Shown piece after piece: positions 1-9,044 of a stretch of 64,000 bases of DNA (position 1 is its first letter; the number at the start of each line of letters is the position of its first letter). Origin of the DNA: Candidatus Versatilivorator sp. (GTDB taxonomy: Bacteria > Acidobacteriota > Terriglobia > Versatilivoradales > Versatilivoraceae); assembly GCA_965207735.1 (NCBI GenBank), contig OZ242296.1, forward strand, positions 662,723 through 726,722, read 5' to 3'. The notes below the pieces were generated by a model. That model had not been told where the DNA came from, did no database searches, and saw nothing but the letters and a program-made list of their open reading frames with translations. A program made the translations under genes and the position numbers.

Positions 1-445
1 CGATGAGCTGCGTCGGATGGCTCGAGCAGATCACGGTTGACAGCACCACCACGTAATTGCGGGTGCCGACGCCCCCCCATTCCCTCCGGTAGCCCTGAAA
101 GCAGGGGACCTCGCTGGAGGGGCGAAACCGCACCGGCTTGGGATTGATTCGGGTCGACTTGCGGTGGGCGCTGGTGTCTGGGGCCATATTGTGATTGTGG
201 ACCGTGCTGCCCTCGGGAATGGGACGGGTTGCAAGGCCGATGACTTCCCCGTAACGGAGGACGGTCTCGCCGGAGGCGATCCCTCGCAATGCAATCTTGT
301 GACCCGGTTGCACCGTTTGGGTGACCAAGAGGCGAGTGCCGTTGGAGCTCAAGAGAGTTCCCTTGCCGATGGTGGCCTTGGCCACGGCCACGTTGTCTTC
401 GGGATGAATGACGATCGCTTTATCCGCCAGGCTGGCTTCGCTCAT
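1..445 (-). CDS. uxaA: Altronate/galactarate dehydratase (UxaA family), N-terminal SAF-domain part; gene continues beyond the window edge
   Basis: Minus-strand translation from ATG at 445 gives MSEASLADKAIVIHPEDNVAVAK...GHKIALRGIASGETVLRYGEVIGLATRPIPEGSTVHNHN...TRNYVVVLSTVIC, matching the UxaA N-terminal SAF-domain motifs (GHK.AL.DIA.G..V.KYG..IG, HxHN, LPTVGC). No stop before position 1, so absent from the ORF track. Confidence 0.55.
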   Translation of the reverse strand, partial: MSEASLADKAIVIHPEDNVAVAKATIGKGTLLSSNGTRLLVTQTVQPGHKIALRGIASGETVLRYGEVIGLATRPIPEGSTVHNHNMAPDTSAHRKSTRINPKPVRFRPSSEVPCFQGYRREWGGVGTRNYVVVLSTVICSSHPTQLI

Positions 446-655
446 GGAGATGCATCCTTATGGGCAATGGCACTCGAACTATTGAGGCATTGCATTGCAG
501 ACAGGGGGGTTATCCGATTCAGGGGTCTGACGGCCCGCCCTGATCCCGGGGCGGGCATGATATCAGATGGACTCTGGCTCAGGGGAGTGAAATCGCTTGC
601 GATTCCGGCGGGGTGACCGCGCTGCAGGAGGCCTTGAGTTCGCAAGGCCTTCCAT

Positions 656-1468
656 TCATCCGGGCGATCCCGGATCGTCAGCCGAATAACGGAGCAACCC
701 CTTGACTTCTTCGGGTAAGCGTTCGAATACGGACGCCGGCAGGGAAGGCACCTCGGCGTTGGCCCCGCCGGTGGCATCGACGATATCCCGACGATCGACG
801 GTGCCCGGGCGGAGAGGGTCGAGGTTCAGCCACCAGGGCGCGTAGCGCACAATGACCGCAACCCGGTCCCGATCGGTTCGATTGGTGGCCACGGCATGCC
901 AAAGGCGGGCATCGCAGACGGCAACGGTTCCGGCGGGACCCAGCAGACGGCACTCGTGGGGGTGGGGATCGTAGGGATCGACGCCCCCTCCTTTCCTGGG
1001 GTGGTTGGGCTTGCGGTGGCTGCCGGGGACCACAACGGTGGCGCCGTTCTCCTCGGTGAAATCGGTCAGCATCCAGAAGGTCACCAGATGCATGAGCAGA
1101 TCGGGGTAGGGAGCCGGAATGCAAGCAGCGCTATCCTGGTTGTAGGGCCAGTCGGCGTGGAATGCTCCCCGCGGGATTCCCGGACCGTTGACCGAACCCG
1201 TCAGCATGGAAATGCGAACATGGGGACCCAGCAGAGATTGAGCCAGCCCCAGGACCCGAGGATGGGCCAGGAAGGGAGCCAAGGCCTGATTCACTCTCAA
1301 GAATCCGGGGACATGCCCGACGGGCATGGGCATGTCGGTGTGGGTCCTGACGTCTCTGGCCACGCTCCGGCGCAGGTCATCCAGTTCCCCTGGCGGAAGC
1401 ACCCCCGGAATGAGGCAGTAGCCTCGCTCGGCCAGTTGGGAAGCCAGTGCCGTGTGGTTTGAGTTCAC
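656..1468 (-). CDS. Phytanoyl-CoA dioxygenase (PhyH) family Fe(II)/2-oxoglutarate oxygenase
   Basis: 270-aa ORF with the PhyH-like HxD...H facial triad context (FHADWPY...WHAVATNRTDRDRVAVIV). Clean ORF whose stop lies about 80 nt before the convergent upstream gene. Confidence 0.7.
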   Translation of the reverse strand: MNSNHTALASQLAERGYCLIPGVLPPGELDDLRRSVARDVRTHTDMPMPVGHVPGFLRVNQALAPFLAHPRVLGLAQSLLGPHVRISMLTGSVNGPGIPRGAFHADWPYNQDSAACIPAPYPDLLMHLVTFWMLTDFTEENGATVVVPGSHRKPNHPRKGGGVDPYDPHPHECRLLGPAGTVAVCDARLWHAVATNRTDRDRVAVIVRYAPWWLNLDPLRPGTVDRRDIVDATGGANAEVPSLPASVFERLPEEVKGLLRYSADDPGSPG

Positions 1469-1547
1469 CTCTACCTCTTACAAGTTACAGACGCGGCTCC
1501 GGATATCCGGTTGTCGAGTGAAAGAAAAAAGCGTGGAGATATGCGGG

Positions 1548-3527
1548 TTAGACCCGCTGGGTGGTCTTGATGGCTTCCAGAACGTCTCGATCTTTCTCCA
1601 GGATGGCAGGGTTGTCGTTGCAGCAACTACCGGACGCGGCTGAGTCCTGTATCACCGGCAGTGTCAGGCGGTGCTGGGTTGTCTCAAGGGGAACTTTCTT
1701 GCCCTTGGCGAAGATGTCATGTCTCCCCCGGGTCTTGTGCCATTCCGCCAGGCTGGCCGTTTGGTGCATGTTTTCGATGATCTGCCTCCAGCCGACCCCG
1801 GTGTTGTAGGCGCAGAAGGAAATCTCTCCCTCCTGGGTGCCGTAGGGAATGACGCACATCTCGGTGCGGCGGAAATCGTAGGTCCACAGATCCTGAAACC
1901 ACATACCCTCCACGCACAATACCCGCCAGTCATCCAAGTCGCTACGGGTCTTCATGCGGTCGTTGCGGTCGCTGTCCGACCTCGCCGAGCTTGGCTTGAA
2001 CAGGTTGACGATTTGAGAGATCGGAAAACCCCGGGGAGCCAGGTCGGCTTTGAAATTGCGCAGAATGGCCAGAGCCAATTGGGCTCCGGTCAAGGCCTTT
2101 CCGCGAGCGGTGTCGGTAATGACCGCCACGTCCCGGATGAACTGCTCGTAGTCAAAGAACTTGAACAGGGGCGTCCATTCGCGGGTACGGCGGTTGACCA
2201 CCAGCAGGCTGAAGATACCGCAGTTGGGGTGGCAGTTGCAGGCGCTCCATCCCCAGGAGGCGTCCGCCCCTTGCAGCAGATCCATCACGCTGGTGAAGGC
2301 GCTGTAGGAAGACAGGGGAAACCAGTCTCTCAGGGGCTGCCAGTCGGCGGACAACTGGCCCTTGAGGTCCTGGGTCATTTGAGACAGGGTGTAGCGTTGG
2401 GCGTATCGCGTGCTGTCTTCGACGTCTTCATCCCGACCGGTGAAGGACACGGGTTGGAAGGCGATGGTTTGAATCTTGTCGACGTTGCGGGCTGCAAAAT
2501 CGACGATGGACCCGATTCCCTGGTTGTTGACGCCGTTGACGATGGTGGTCACCAAAGTGGTTTTCATGCCCACCTTGGCCATGTTCTCGATGGACTGCAA
2601 CTTGACGTCGAACAGATTGCCGACGCCGCGGTGACTGTTACTCTCTTCGCAGGTGCCGTCGAACTGCAGGTAGGCTCCGTGAAGTCCCGCCTCATGGGCC
2701 TGCCGGGTGAACTCCTCGCTCTGTGCGAAGCGAATCCCGTTGGTGGCCGCCAGAACCCGATAGAATCCGATCTTCTTGGCGTAGGCGACGGCTTCGATGA
2801 AGAATGGGGAGAGGGTGGGTTCTCCTCCGGAGAAAAGGATGATCACCTGACGACGTGGCTTGTAGGAGACGGCACGGTCCAGAATGGCCTTGATGTCTTC
2901 AAACTCCGGTTGATGAACATAGCCAACCTGATTGGCATCCATGAAGCAGGGATTGCACATCATGTTGCATCGGTTGGTCAAATCCACCGTCAGCACAGCG
3001 CCGCGTCCGAACTTGATGCTGGAGTTCCCATGGCGATGGACGTGGTCATCTTCGGAGCAACGGAAATCCCGCCCGAAGAAGAGGCCTTCGATTCGACGGG
3101 TAAATTCGGGGTCGGTGGAGAGCACATCTTCGAAAGGCCCGTGCTTGTCGCACACCTTGCGCATGATCACCTTGCCGCCCTCTTCCAGAATCTGGGCCTT
3201 GATTTCACCCGGGTGCCCGGACATCAGGGTGGAGAGGTCGGCTTCGCCGTTAATGATGGCATTGCGAACCTCGGGCACGCAGCGCGGACACAAGGAGTCG
3301 GTGGTCCTGGGGAATCCCAGGGTAGGAGCCGAGCGTTCGTGGCTCTTGAGCATCTTGCCTGGAGCCCAGCTGGGAGTCGGGAGCTTTCCCTCCGGGAAGC
3401 TTCGATTGACGGCCTGGAAAGTCTTCCAGGTCAGATCGGCTACACCAGAGAGAAAAGACGAACCCGAAAACTGGTGCCACCAGCTTCGGTTGCGACCATC
3501 TCTAAACATGTGGTCTGTGTACATCAA
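1548..3527 (-). CDS. Radical SAM protein, 659 aa, with Cys-rich N- and C-terminal extensions; candidate tetraether-lipid-synthase (Tes/GDGT-MAS)-like enzyme
   Basis: Canonical CxxxCxxC (TNRCNMMCNPCF) at about aa 186 followed by a GGEPTL SAM-binding motif. N-terminal CPRC and C-terminal CNCHPNC...C...C...CC clusters suggest auxiliary Fe-S sites. No B12-binding domain. Confidence 0.75.
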   Translation of the reverse strand: MMYTDHMFRDGRNRSWWHQFSGSSFLSGVADLTWKTFQAVNRSFPEGKLPTPSWAPGKMLKSHERSAPTLGFPRTTDSLCPRCVPEVRNAIINGEADLSTLMSGHPGEIKAQILEEGGKVIMRKVCDKHGPFEDVLSTDPEFTRRIEGLFFGRDFRCSEDDHVHRHGNSSIKFGRGAVLTVDLTNRCNMMCNPCFMDANQVGYVHQPEFEDIKAILDRAVSYKPRRQVIILFSGGEPTLSPFFIEAVAYAKKIGFYRVLAATNGIRFAQSEEFTRQAHEAGLHGAYLQFDGTCEESNSHRGVGNLFDVKLQSIENMAKVGMKTTLVTTIVNGVNNQGIGSIVDFAARNVDKIQTIAFQPVSFTGRDEDVEDSTRYAQRYTLSQMTQDLKGQLSADWQPLRDWFPLSSYSAFTSVMDLLQGADASWGWSACNCHPNCGIFSLLVVNRRTREWTPLFKFFDYEQFIRDVAVITDTARGKALTGAQLALAILRNFKADLAPRGFPISQIVNLFKPSSARSDSDRNDRMKTRSDLDDWRVLCVEGMWFQDLWTYDFRRTEMCVIPYGTQEGEISFCAYNTGVGWRQIIENMHQTASLAEWHKTRGRHDIFAKGKKVPLETTQHRLTLPVIQDSAASGSCCNDNPAILEKDRDVLEAIKTTQRV

Positions 3528-3735
3528 TGCCTCCGAGACTGAGGGAATTGAGACCGCACACTACCAAGGCAGGATGGTAAGGGCCGTAACCGAATCACAG
3601 GCCTTTGGTTACCCGCCTCAAGGTACCAATTTCAGGGTGGCGGTGTCCAGGAAAAACTGTCTACGGAAAACTCCCCCGGGGAAGCCCGCAAGGCCACGGC
3701 GGGATTGCAGGTTGCCTGGTTGCGATTCTTGGGAG

Positions 3736-3811
3736 TGGAGCCGACGAGCGGGATTGAACCGCTGACCTGTCGATTACGAATCGACCGCTCTACCAGCTGA
3801 GCTACGTCGGC
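3736..3811 (-). tRNA. tRNA-Thr (anticodon CGT), CCA encoded
   Basis: Reverse complement GCCGACGTAGCTCAGCTGGTAGAGCGGTCGATTCGTAATCGACAGGTCAGCGGTTCAATCCCGCTCGTCGGCTCCA folds as a cloverleaf with a GTTCAATCC T-arm. Anticodon loop is TTCGTAA. Confidence 0.85.
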
Positions 3812-3837
3812 CTGAGCCGTCAGCGCTCGCCAACACA

Positions 3838-3872
3838 AGAAAATGCCCATCCCGGGGGATGGGCATTTCAAA
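3838..3872 (-). terminator. Perfect 12-13 bp hairpin AAATGCCCATCCC-GGGGGATGGGCATTT followed on the minus strand by TTTTCTTGT; intrinsic-terminator-like
   Basis: Inverted repeat read directly. A U-tract is present only in the minus-strand sense. No obvious upstream minus-strand gene, so its function is uncertain. Confidence 0.3.
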
Positions 3873-4073
3873 GAGGAGAGGGTTGACAAAAGAGTCAATA
3901 CCCACCGTATCGGCTACTATAGTGAGGTGGCCGCTGACTGTCAAGCCGATTTTCGAAATAAATGGATGGAGCGCGGAACCGAAGAATATTTTTAGGTCAC
4001 GTATTGTTGTCTATGGTTTAAATGGCTTAGTGGAGGCCAGCATTCAGTTATCTTGCGCTATGAAGATTGAGTC

Positions 4074-4652
4074 ATGACCCGGTTCGAGCAGGAAAAGTGG
4101 CAAGCCAGGTACGCCTCATTGCCCTCCGGCCCACTGCCCCTTAAACCTGCGGCTCGCTGGCTTCACCGGTGGGAAGGGGTCATTCCGCCAGGACGGGTAG
4201 TCGATCTGGCCGTTGGCCTGGGAGGGAACGCCTTTCACCTGGCGGGCCGGGGGGCCTCGGTGCTGGGGATCGATGTCTCGGAAAGGGCGGCCAGGGCACT
4301 GCGCCGGACGGCCTTGGACCGTGGCTTAAGGCTTGAGTTGCTCGTCGCCGATTTGGATGTTTTCCCGCTGCCGCCGAACCGCTTTGATGCGATCCTTTGC
4401 TTTTTCTATCTCAATCGACGGCTCTTTCCCCAAATCAGGAGCAGCCTCAACCCTGGGGGTGTCCTGCTGATGGAGGCTTTCGTGACCGATCCGCAACGGC
4501 CGGAAAAGGATCAACCCGGCTACCGGCTGGCCGAGAGGGAACTGCTGGCGGCCTTCGATGATTGGGAAATTCTCGACTATGCCGAGGGCATCCAGCGGGG
4601 AGTTGGCCCCTCGCAGGTGGCTACCGCCCGCATTTGCGCCAGGAAACCCTAG
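4074..4652 (+). CDS. Class I SAM-dependent methyltransferase (TehB-like fold)
   Basis: VVDLAVGLGGNAFHLAGRGASVLGIDVS (motif I) plus a DAILCFFYL motif. Its TAG stop codon is the CTAG abutting the IS1182-like element. Confidence 0.65.
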   Translation: MTRFEQEKWQARYASLPSGPLPLKPAARWLHRWEGVIPPGRVVDLAVGLGGNAFHLAGRGASVLGIDVSERAARALRRTALDRGLRLELLVADLDVFPLPPNRFDAILCFFYLNRRLFPQIRSSLNPGGVLLMEAFVTDPQRPEKDQPGYRLAERELLAAFDDWEILDYAEGIQRGVGPSQVATARICARKP

Positions 4653-6232
4653 GAGTCTGCGCCGCAGAAAACCCAGGCAGGGCTGAATGATAGAATAACG
4701 GGCTTAGAGAGATCATGGGAGGTGGTGAATGGGGACGAGGTTTCGCCCGTATGAACCGAAGCAGTTGTTGATGCTGCCGCCGGACCTGCGGGAGTGGGTA
4801 CCGGAAGGACACTTGGCGCATCAGGTGAGCGAGTTGGTGGATGGGCTGGAGTTGGGAGCGTTCTACCGGCGGTATGAAGAGGACGGGAGGCGCAACTCGC
4901 CCTATGAGCCGGGGATGATGGTGAAGGTATTGATCTACGCCTATGCGACGGGGGTGTTCTCGTCGCGCAAGATTGCCAGGAAGCTGGAGGAGGACGTGGC
5001 GTTTCGGATGCTGGCGGCGGGGAACTTTCCGCAGCATCGGACGCTGTGCGAGTTTCGCCGGCGGCACTTGAAGGACTTCAAGCGGCTGTTGGTGCAAGTG
5101 GTGCGTTTGGCGCGGGAGATGGGGATGGTGGGGTTGGGGCGATTGGGGATCGACGGGACGAAGGTGCGGGCGAACGCGAGCCGGCGCAAGGCGATGAGCT
5201 ATGGTCGGATGAAGGAGCGGGAGCGGCAACTGAAGGCAGAGATCCATGAGTTGTTGAAGAAGGCGCGGCGGGAGGACCGGGAGGAAGATGAGCGGTACGG
5301 GGAAGACCGGCGTGGGGATGAGTTGCCCGAGGAGTTGCGGCGGCGGGAGGACCGGCTGGCGGCGATCGAGGCGGCCAAGCAGCGGCTGGAGGCGGCCCAG
5401 CGGGAGGCCGATGAGGAGCGGGGGCGCAAACCGGGACAGGACCGCAACCCGAAAGCACGACGGCCCTACAAGCGGGCCTACGGAGAACCGGAGGAGAAGG
5501 CGCAGAGTAATTTCACCGATCCGGAAAGCCGGATCATGAAGACTTCCACCGAGGGGTTCCAGCAATGCTACAACGCGCAGGTGGCGGTGGACGGAGAGCA
5601 CCAGATCATTGTGGCCACCGAGGTAACGGCGCAGGCGAGCGATCAGGGGCAGATGATGGAGTTGCTGGAGGAGGTGGAGGAGAGCTTCCAGGAGATACCG
5701 AAACAGGTGCTGGCGGATGCGGGCTACTGCAATGAGGCGGACTTGCAGGCCCTGGAAGAGAGAGGAGTGGACGGTTATGTTGCGCTGGGGCGCGAGGGGA
5801 AGCGGGCGGTAGAGATCGATCCCAGGAAGCATCCGGCCAAGAGTCGTATGAGGAAGAAGCTGGCCAGCCTAGCCGGTCAGGTGGAGTATCGGCGGAGGAA
5901 GTGGATTGCCGAAGCCCCTCATGGGTGGATCAAGGAGGGGCTGGGATTCCGACGGTTCAGTCTGCGGGGCTTGCAATCAGTGCAGGGGGAGTGGGACTTG
6001 GTGTGTCTGGCCCTCAACATCAAGAGGATGAGTGCGCTGATGGCAGCCTGAAGCAAGGGATTTCCACCCAATACCCAGGACCACGGAGGTCCTCAACCGC
6101 CCATTGTGGGAGCCCACAGGGCCCTTGAGACTCTATCAACGCCCAAGCGGCTCCCAAGCACTCCTTGGAACCGGCCTTGCGCAGTAGCCTCTCGCTCTTG
6201 AACTTTCCGAAATCGTCCTGCGGCGCAGACTC
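4653..6232 (+). mobile_element. IS1182-like (IS5 superfamily) insertion sequence, copy 1, with 15-bp perfect TIR GAGTCTGCGCCGCAG and flanked by CTAG on both sides
   Basis: The terminal inverted repeat is read at both ends. The internal sequence is nearly identical to the inverted copy at 12905-14474. CTAG sits at 4649-4652 and 6233-6236. Confidence 0.8.
4729..6051 (+). CDS. IS1182-family DDE transposase (440 aa)
   Basis: N-terminal MGTRFRPYEPKQLLMLPPDLREWVPEGHLA signature of IS1182-group transposases, a coiled-coil Arg/Glu-rich linker and a C-terminal DDE region (VLADAGY). A second copy at 13086-14408 differs by a few residues. Confidence 0.85.
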   Translation: MGTRFRPYEPKQLLMLPPDLREWVPEGHLAHQVSELVDGLELGAFYRRYEEDGRRNSPYEPGMMVKVLIYAYATGVFSSRKIARKLEEDVAFRMLAAGNFPQHRTLCEFRRRHLKDFKRLLVQVVRLAREMGMVGLGRLGIDGTKVRANASRRKAMSYGRMKERERQLKAEIHELLKKARREDREEDERYGEDRRGDELPEELRRREDRLAAIEAAKQRLEAAQREADEERGRKPGQDRNPKARRPYKRAYGEPEEKAQSNFTDPESRIMKTSTEGFQQCYNAQVAVDGEHQIIVATEVTAQASDQGQMMELLEEVEESFQEIPKQVLADAGYCNEADLQALEERGVDGYVALGREGKRAVEIDPRKHPAKSRMRKKLASLAGQVEYRRRKWIAEAPHGWIKEGLGFRRFSLRGLQSVQGEWDLVCLALNIKRMSALMAA

Positions 6233-6236
6233 CTAG

Positions 6237-6490
6237 CCCGCATTTTTCACCAGGGGGCATGATCATGGCGCAGGGTTTTTCCCTTCGACGCGTGCTCGCG
6301 ACCGAAGAGCGTAGCGGTCACTACGCGCGAGGGAGCATGTGCGCGCTGAAGGGAAAAAGACAAGCCAGGGCATGCCCAGCGCCGTCTGTTACCCACAAGC
6401 CCTTACAATGGAGCCAATCAACGTACTGAAGACGTACTGAAGATAAACTGCTTTTCGGCATGGCAACAGCGACCTGGTGAGAAATGCGGG
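6237..6490. repeat. 254-bp transposase-less derivative of the IS1380-family element with TIR CCCGCATTT(C/T)TCACCAGG, flanked by CTAG
   Basis: Left end CCCGCATTTTTCACCAGG and right end CAGCGACCTGGTGAGAAATGCGGG. The subterminal 120 bp match the 3' part of the element at 14479-15488 and of 60221-60341. Confidence 0.7.
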
Positions 6491-6540
6491 CTAGCCCGAT
6501 GCCGTCGGGCCTTTGACGATGCGCGGGACTTTGGGGGTGG

Positions 6541-6927
6541 TCAAAGCAGTTGGATCGGCCCTGGGTAGCGCGCGACGACTTCGTCCGCCGTCAAAAGCGT
6601 AAGCCCTTCGATCTGGGCCTGCGCGATCAAGATGCGGTCGAACGGGTCCTTATGTATGGGTGGAAGCAGATCCACGGCCGCCGCGTGAGCGCCGCTTACC
6701 GGCAATTCCACATAACCGTTCTCCAGCAACCCCCGGCGCAGCAGGCGCGGGTCGGCCCTGAACTCCTCTCGCCCGAGCCCCCTCTTGATGGCTACCTCCC
6801 AAATCGAAGCGGCGCTATAGACCAACTCGTTCTCCGGATCTTCTATCAGCGCACGCGCATCGGCCGACAATTGACGCGACGCGCCCGCTGCCCAAAGTAA
6901 AACATGTGTGTCGAGAAGGAGATTCAA
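6541..6927 (-). CDS. vapC: PIN-domain ribonuclease toxin VapC
   Basis: MNLLLDTHVLLWAAG...ASIWEVAIKRGLGR...LLTAD has the PIN acidic residues. Overlaps the upstream antitoxin by 4 nt (ATGA). Confidence 0.8.
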   Translation of the reverse strand: MNLLLDTHVLLWAAGASRQLSADARALIEDPENELVYSAASIWEVAIKRGLGREEFRADPRLLRRGLLENGYVELPVSGAHAAAVDLLPPIHKDPFDRILIAQAQIEGLTLLTADEVVARYPGPIQLL

Positions 6928-7169
6928 CCGTCACCTTCGAACAGGGCTTCGATCTCTTCGGAGCCCATGCGGTCGAAATCCTTGGGCACCGAGATTTTTC
7001 CGGCCATGAATCCGACCCGACGGGTGGCCCCGGGCCCCGGCGCTTCCACGGCGACGACTTTGACGACGGGCTTGCCCGCGCGCGCAATAATGAACGGCTC
7101 GCCATTTGCGGCTGCCTCGACGAGACGTGAGAGATGGGTCTTGGCTTCGTGCATGTTGAATGTACGCAT
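6924..7169 (-). CDS. Phd/YefM-family antitoxin (VapB-type partner)
   Basis: 81 aa starting MRTFNMHEAKTHLSRLVEAAANGEPFIIARAGKPVVKVV, typical of Phd/YefM. Translationally coupled to vapC. Confidence 0.75.
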   Translation of the reverse strand: MRTFNMHEAKTHLSRLVEAAANGEPFIIARAGKPVVKVVAVEAPGPGATRRVGFMAGKISVPKDFDRMGSEEIEALFEGDG

Positions 7170-7389
7170 GACCTGACTCCTTGAGCTTAGTCTATATAAC
7201 TTAGTTCATCATGACAAGCTCCCACAACCGCCGTCTTGGATTGTCAATGAACACGAATAGGGATGGTAAGGTGGAGCGTATCCGGCGGGCAACTTCTCTG
7301 AAAGCCGACCAGCGCCTTTTGGGAAACTCCCGTTTGTCCGCTTTCTTGATTTCGAGTCTTGACGATCCGGAGTTGATCCCCCTGGCGTC

Positions 7390-8300
7390 GCGTTGACCGG
7401 ATGTAGGCAGATAGCGCGGAACTTGTGCGACACGTTCGGGAGTCAACGCCTTGCAGGCTTTCAGTGTTCTGCTCTTTTTGTGTTTTTGTGCCTTTTGTGG
7501 CCATTCCCGGCAAGGGTCCCGCTGCTGAATTTTGCAAAAGGCTCGAGAGTGAAACAATCGGAAATCGACAATCCCTTCGTGAACTTGGAACCCCGTCGCG
7601 GCCAACCTCAGCGCCTTAGTGGCCCTTCGTCGTTCTTCGTGCCCCTTCGTGGATAAGTCTTTTGTCTTTTTTAGGTTGTTTCAGACAAGTCCCGCCTCCG
7701 CCGTGCCAGGCGGATCATTCAGAGGAGAAACAGCCAGCTGTTTGCGTTTTGGAAAGAGACAGGATTAATAGGACCAGAGGCCGCTGCACGGGACGCTGAC
7801 TGGGAATCGGGGCGTTGGGCACGGCCAAGGCCCGCCACGGGGAAGATCAATCGAGAAGGACTAAGAATTGAACATGGATGCACAGAATGCACAGGATTGA
7901 CAGGACGAGAGCTTCCTGCACCAGAAGCCAACTCGGGCCATGATCCGGTGCGGATTTGCGGATTCCCGGCAGTAGAAGCCAGCCGTTTCCTGAAGAATCC
8001 TGCGAATCCTGTGCATCGATGTTAATGATCTCCTTAAATCACGATGGGGTCGGAAGCCCCCCACTGGCTCGGCCGCGGTCCTTGTTGCTTCTTCGCGGAC
8101 AAATCCTCTTTGTCCCTTGTGTCCTTTGTTGACCCCCTTGCCGACCTTCGCCCCATCCCTCTTGGGCCTTCTCCAGCGCCTTGGTGTTCCTTCGTCGTTC
8201 TTCGTGCCCCTTCGTGGAAATGTCTTTTTCTTTTGTCTTTTTAGGTTGTTTCAGACAAGCCTCTTCCACAGAGGCCTTCCGATGCGATATTTTGAGGCGG
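7390..8300. repeat. Composite non-coding repeat cluster 1: sub-repeats A (CTTTTTGTGTTTTTGTGCCTTTTGTGG), B (GAGTGAAACAATCGGAAATCGAC...CCTTCGTCGTTCTTCGTGCCCCTTCGTGGA...TTTTGTCTTTTTTAGGTTGTTTCAGACAAG, present twice) and C (about 170-bp unit with TIR-like ends GAACATGGATGCACAGAAT...ATCCTGTGCATCGATGTTAAT)
   Basis: All three sub-repeats recur in the same combination at 57850-58900, with A inverted there. The ORF-track 'proteins' across them (..PSSFFVPLRG..) are repeat translations. Confidence 0.6.
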
Positions 8301-8353
8301 AGCGGCAACCGCGGCGCGGCCGGTCCGGATTCCGGAACGGGGGAAGGGAAGCG

Positions 8354-8644
8354 ATGGCTCTGGTTGAAATTGTGCTGAACGGGGAGGCCAGAAAGCTGAA
8401 GGCCGGAACCACGGTGGAGGATCTGGTCCGGGACCTGGGCTTGGTTCCGGGCCGTCTGGCGGTCGAATACAACCTCCAAATCCTCAAAAGGAAGCGTTGG
8501 GCGGCCACTGCACTGAACCAAGGGGATCGACTTGAGATTGTTCACTTTGTAGGTGGAGGCGCAAGCACCGGTCCGCGGTTGCAACGGCAGCTTCATCAGG
8601 TCGGTCCCAACCAGCGAGAGGCATCGTCACATGCAATGGATTGA
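8354..8644 (+). CDS. thiS: ThiS/MoaD-like sulfur-carrier protein with a 27-aa extension after the Gly-Gly motif
   Basis: MALVEIVLNGEARKLKAGTTVEDLVRDLGL...NQGDRLEIVHFVGGG is a canonical ThiS fold and GG tail. The ORF has no stop until 8644. Confidence 0.5.
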   Translation: MALVEIVLNGEARKLKAGTTVEDLVRDLGLVPGRLAVEYNLQILKRKRWAATALNQGDRLEIVHFVGGGASTGPRLQRQLHQVGPNQREASSHAMD

Positions 8645-8972
8645 AGTACTCGGCAAACAGGAATTTTCCTCTGAGAAAATGAAGAAGGTCAGCCTTTTCG
8701 ACACGGCCAACCTTTTTTGCGATCTCTATTGTCTTCGCCCCGGACAGTCTCAGAAGCCCCATACCCATCAGGGCGCCGACAAGATCTATTTCGTTCTTCA
8801 GGGACGGGGCACGTTCTTGGTTGGAGAGGAAGAGAAGGTGCTTGAGGCCGGAGAGATCGTGCTGGCTCCTTCCGGAGCTGTCCACGGAGTGACCAACAAC
8901 TCCCCGCAGGCCCTCAACCTGCTGGTGGTGATGGCTCCCAACCCGAACCGGCAACCCGGACGTGCCCGGTAG
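8631..8972 (+). CDS. Cupin-domain protein
   Basis: MQWIEVL...HTHQGADKIYFVLQGRGTFLVGEEEKVLEAGEIVLAPSGAVHGV has the cupin motifs G(X)5HXH...G and GxxxxPxGxxH. Confidence 0.55.
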   Translation: MQWIEVLGKQEFSSEKMKKVSLFDTANLFCDLYCLRPGQSQKPHTHQGADKIYFVLQGRGTFLVGEEEKVLEAGEIVLAPSGAVHGVTNNSPQALNLLVVMAPNPNRQPGRAR

Positions 8973-9044
8973 ACGAGGGACCACTGGCTATTTGCATTGA
9001 TCAAGCCTGTTGACAGCAGCACCCGGGGATGACCACGATTTACC

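Noticed and set aside
4621-5832. 403-aa and 430-aa Pro-rich ORFs antisense to the IS1182 transposases (also 13305-14597)
   Set aside because: High-GC antisense run-on ORFs with PxxP low complexity, mirrored in both IS copies. The sense-strand transposase is clearly the real gene.
7393-8644. ORF-track proteins across repeat cluster 1 (for example 87 aa at 7393-7656, the 175-aa N-terminus of the ThiS ORF, 185 aa at 8039-8596)
   Set aside because: The same peptide strings (PSSFFVPLRG etc.) recur wherever sub-repeat B occurs, in different frames and strands, so they are repeat translations and not genes.
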